DNA of 32,000 nt from NCBI RefSeq assembly GCF_004168625.1, contig NZ_SDWW01000001.1, positions 101,501 through 133,500 on the forward strand. Reading direction: 5' to 3'. The position numbers were made by a program, and so were the translations under genes. Origin of the DNA: Pengzhenrongella frigida (GTDB taxonomy: Bacteria > Actinomycetota > Actinomycetes > Actinomycetales > Cellulomonadaceae). Numbering within the stretch: the first letter of the stretch is position 1; every line of letters begins with the position of its first letter. Shown one piece after another: positions 30,401 to 32,000 of the stretch. The notes beneath the pieces are model-generated. The model was not told the DNA's origin and ran no database searches. It was given only the letters and a program-made list of their open reading frames with translations.

Positions 30401-31190
30401 CCGGGCCCTGGAGAAGCGCACCGGCCGACCGCTGGTCGATCTGGCGGCCGAGAACGAGGGCAAGCAGGTCACGTTCGCCGACACCCAGGCCGCCCCGATG
30501 CCGGTGCTCACCTCGCCGGAGTGGTCCGGCTCGGAGACCGGCGGGCGGCGGTACTCGCCGTTCACCATCAACGTCGAGCGGCTCAAGCCGTGGCACACCC
30601 TGACCGGGCGGATGCACTTCTTCCTCGACCACGACTGGATCACCGAGCTGGGCGAGCAGCTGCCGATCTTCCGGCCGCCGCTGAGCATGACGGCCCTGTT
30701 CGACGAGCCCGAGCTCGGCGACACCGGCGAGCTCGGCATCACCGTGCGCTACCTGACCCCGCACTCGAAGTGGTCGATCCACTCCGAGTACCAGGACAAC
30801 CTGCTGATGCTCAGCCTGTCGCGCGGCGGGCCGGGGATCTGGATGAGCGAGGTGGACGCGGCGAAGATCGGCGTCAAGGACAACGACTGGATCGAGGCCG
30901 TCAACCGCAACGGCGTGGTCGTGGCCCGGGCGATCGTCTCCTACCGGATGCCCGAGGGCACGGTGTACATGTACCACGCGCAGGACCGCCTGATCGATGT
31001 GCCCAAGACCGAGACCTCCGGCAAACGCGGCGGCATCCACAACTCCCTGACCCGGATCCTGATGAAGCCGAGCCACCTCATCGGCGGCTACGCGCAGCTG
31101 ACCTTCGCGTTCAACTACCTCGGCCCCACCGGCAACCAACGCGACGAGGTGACGGTCATCCGTCGTCGCTCGCAGACTGTGGAGTACTAG
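27489..31190 (+). CDS. narG: Respiratory nitrate reductase alpha subunit
   Basis: The 1233-aa product has a vestigial twin-arginine region ([11 protein letters not shown]). It has the FS0 ligand motif [30 protein letters not shown]. NarG-like sequence continues throughout. Confidence 0.97.
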   Translation: [1233 protein letters not shown]

Positions 31191-31192
31191 AC

Positions 31193-32000
31193 ATGCGCGT
31201 CATGGCCCAGATGTCGATGGTGATGAACCTCGACAAGTGCATCGGCTGCCACACCTGCTCGGTCACCTGCAAGCAGGCGTGGACCAACCGGACCGGAACC
31301 GAGTACGTGTGGTTCAACAACGTCGAGACCCGCCCCGGGCAGGGCTACCCGCGCACCTACGAGGACCAGGAGAAGTGGGAGGGCGGCTGGACGCTGACCA
31401 AGCGCGGACGCCTGCGACTGAAGGCCGGCGGCAGGATCAAGAACCTCGCCACGATCTTCTCCAGCCCCAAGCTGCCCTCGATCGAGGACTACTACGAGCC
31501 GTGGACCTATGACTACGAGACGCTGACGAACGCGCCCCTGCAGGAGCACAGCCCGGTCGCCCGGCCGATGTCGCTGATCACCGGCAAGGACATGAACATC
31601 ACCTGGAGCGCGAACTGGGACGACGACCTCGGCGGCTCCGAGCTGCTGGCGGCCGACCCGATCCTCGCCAAGGTGTCGGACAAGGTGAAGCTCGCCTACG
31701 AGCAGACGTTCATGTTCTACCTGCCGCGCATCTGCGAGCACTGCCTGAACCCGTCCTGCGCCGCGTCGTGCCCGTCGGGGGCGATCTACAAGCGCGCCGA
31801 GGACGGCATCGTGCTGGTCGACCAGGACAAGTGCCGCGGCTGGCGCAAGTGCGTCACCGGGTGCCCGTACAAGAAGATCTACTTCAACCACAAGACCGGC
31901 AAGGCCGAGAAGTGCACGTTCTGCTTCCCGCGCATCGAGGTCGGCCTGCCCACGGTGTGCGCCGAGACGTGCGTCGGCCGGCTGCGGTACATCGGGCTCG
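31193..32000 (+). CDS. narH: Respiratory nitrate reductase beta subunit (5' part, runs off the right edge)
   Basis: The ATG at 31193 lies 2 nt after the narG stop. The frame reads MRVMAQMSMVMNLDKCIGCHTCSVTCKQAWTNRTGTEYVWFNNVETRPG...CEHCLNPSCAASCPSGAIYKR...CRGWRKCVTGCPYKK. It is absent from the ORF track because it is truncated. Confidence 0.95.
   Translation, partial: MRVMAQMSMVMNLDKCIGCHTCSVTCKQAWTNRTGTEYVWFNNVETRPGQGYPRTYEDQEKWEGGWTLTKRGRLRLKAGGRIKNLATIFSSPKLPSIEDYYEPWTYDYETLTNAPLQEHSPVARPMSLITGKDMNITWSANWDDDLGGSELLAADPILAKVSDKVKLAYEQTFMFYLPRICEHCLNPSCAASCPSGAIYKRAEDGIVLVDQDKCRGWRKCVTGCPYKKIYFNHKTGKAEKCTFCFPRIEVGLPTVCAETCVGRLRYIGL

Noticed and set aside
25473-31139. A 1888-aa minus-strand ORF lies antisense to narK and narG.
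   Set aside because: It is the antisense shadow of narG, the most confidently identified gene in the window. The translation is low in complexity.
1-32000. Evidence for a mobile element, genomic island boundaries, or a phage or defence system (the SNF2 helicase and SPFH protein were considered as defence components).
   Set aside because: There is no integrase, transposase, tRNA, flanking direct repeats, nuclease, methylase or other defence partners. The SNF2 gene resembles the widespread actinobacterial HelZ-type housekeeping helicase. The SPFH gene is embedded in the norB operon.

Overview
This is a very high-GC, GC3-biased actinobacterial-type chromosomal segment with no rRNA, tRNA, CRISPR, transposase or integrase that I can recognise. 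All calls come from reading motifs by eye. No homology search, HMM or folding was run.

The left third (1-8.4 kb) looks like ordinary housekeeping or accessory genes:
- a truncated ECF sigma factor
- a secreted I36-type inhibitor-like protein
- a MATE exporter
- a deazaflavin (F420)-type nitroreductase-family protein
- a 1035-aa SNF2 helicase
- a divergent TetR/MFS (DHA2) pair

From about 8.4 kb to the right edge the window is a dense metal plus nitrogen-oxide respiration and stress cluster:
- a 56-aa Cys-rich ORF, below the ORF-track cutoff, behind a CsoR-type palindrome
- an unknown polytopic membrane protein
- a CDF-like transporter with a coupled 16-codon uORF
- a 7Fe ferredoxin
- a DUF2249 gene followed by an 889-aa fusion of a polytopic membrane domain, a cupredoxin and NirK
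- two paralogous wHTH regulators sharing a C-x13-C-x2-H-x28-C motif
- a YwiC-like protein
- an HMA chaperone plus a P1B-ATPase with an atypical CPG motif
- an FNR-like regulator and a cupin
- qNOR (norB) translationally coupled to three accessory genes (a Cys-rich membrane protein, an SPFH/stomatin protein and a small membrane protein)
- an NsrR-like Rrf2 regulator divergent from narK-narG-narH (narH is truncated at the window end)

Several short tandem repeats and AT-rich palindromes sit in the intergenic regions. The many very long ORFs in the track that lie antisense to or out of frame with these genes are high-GC shadow ORFs and were rejected.
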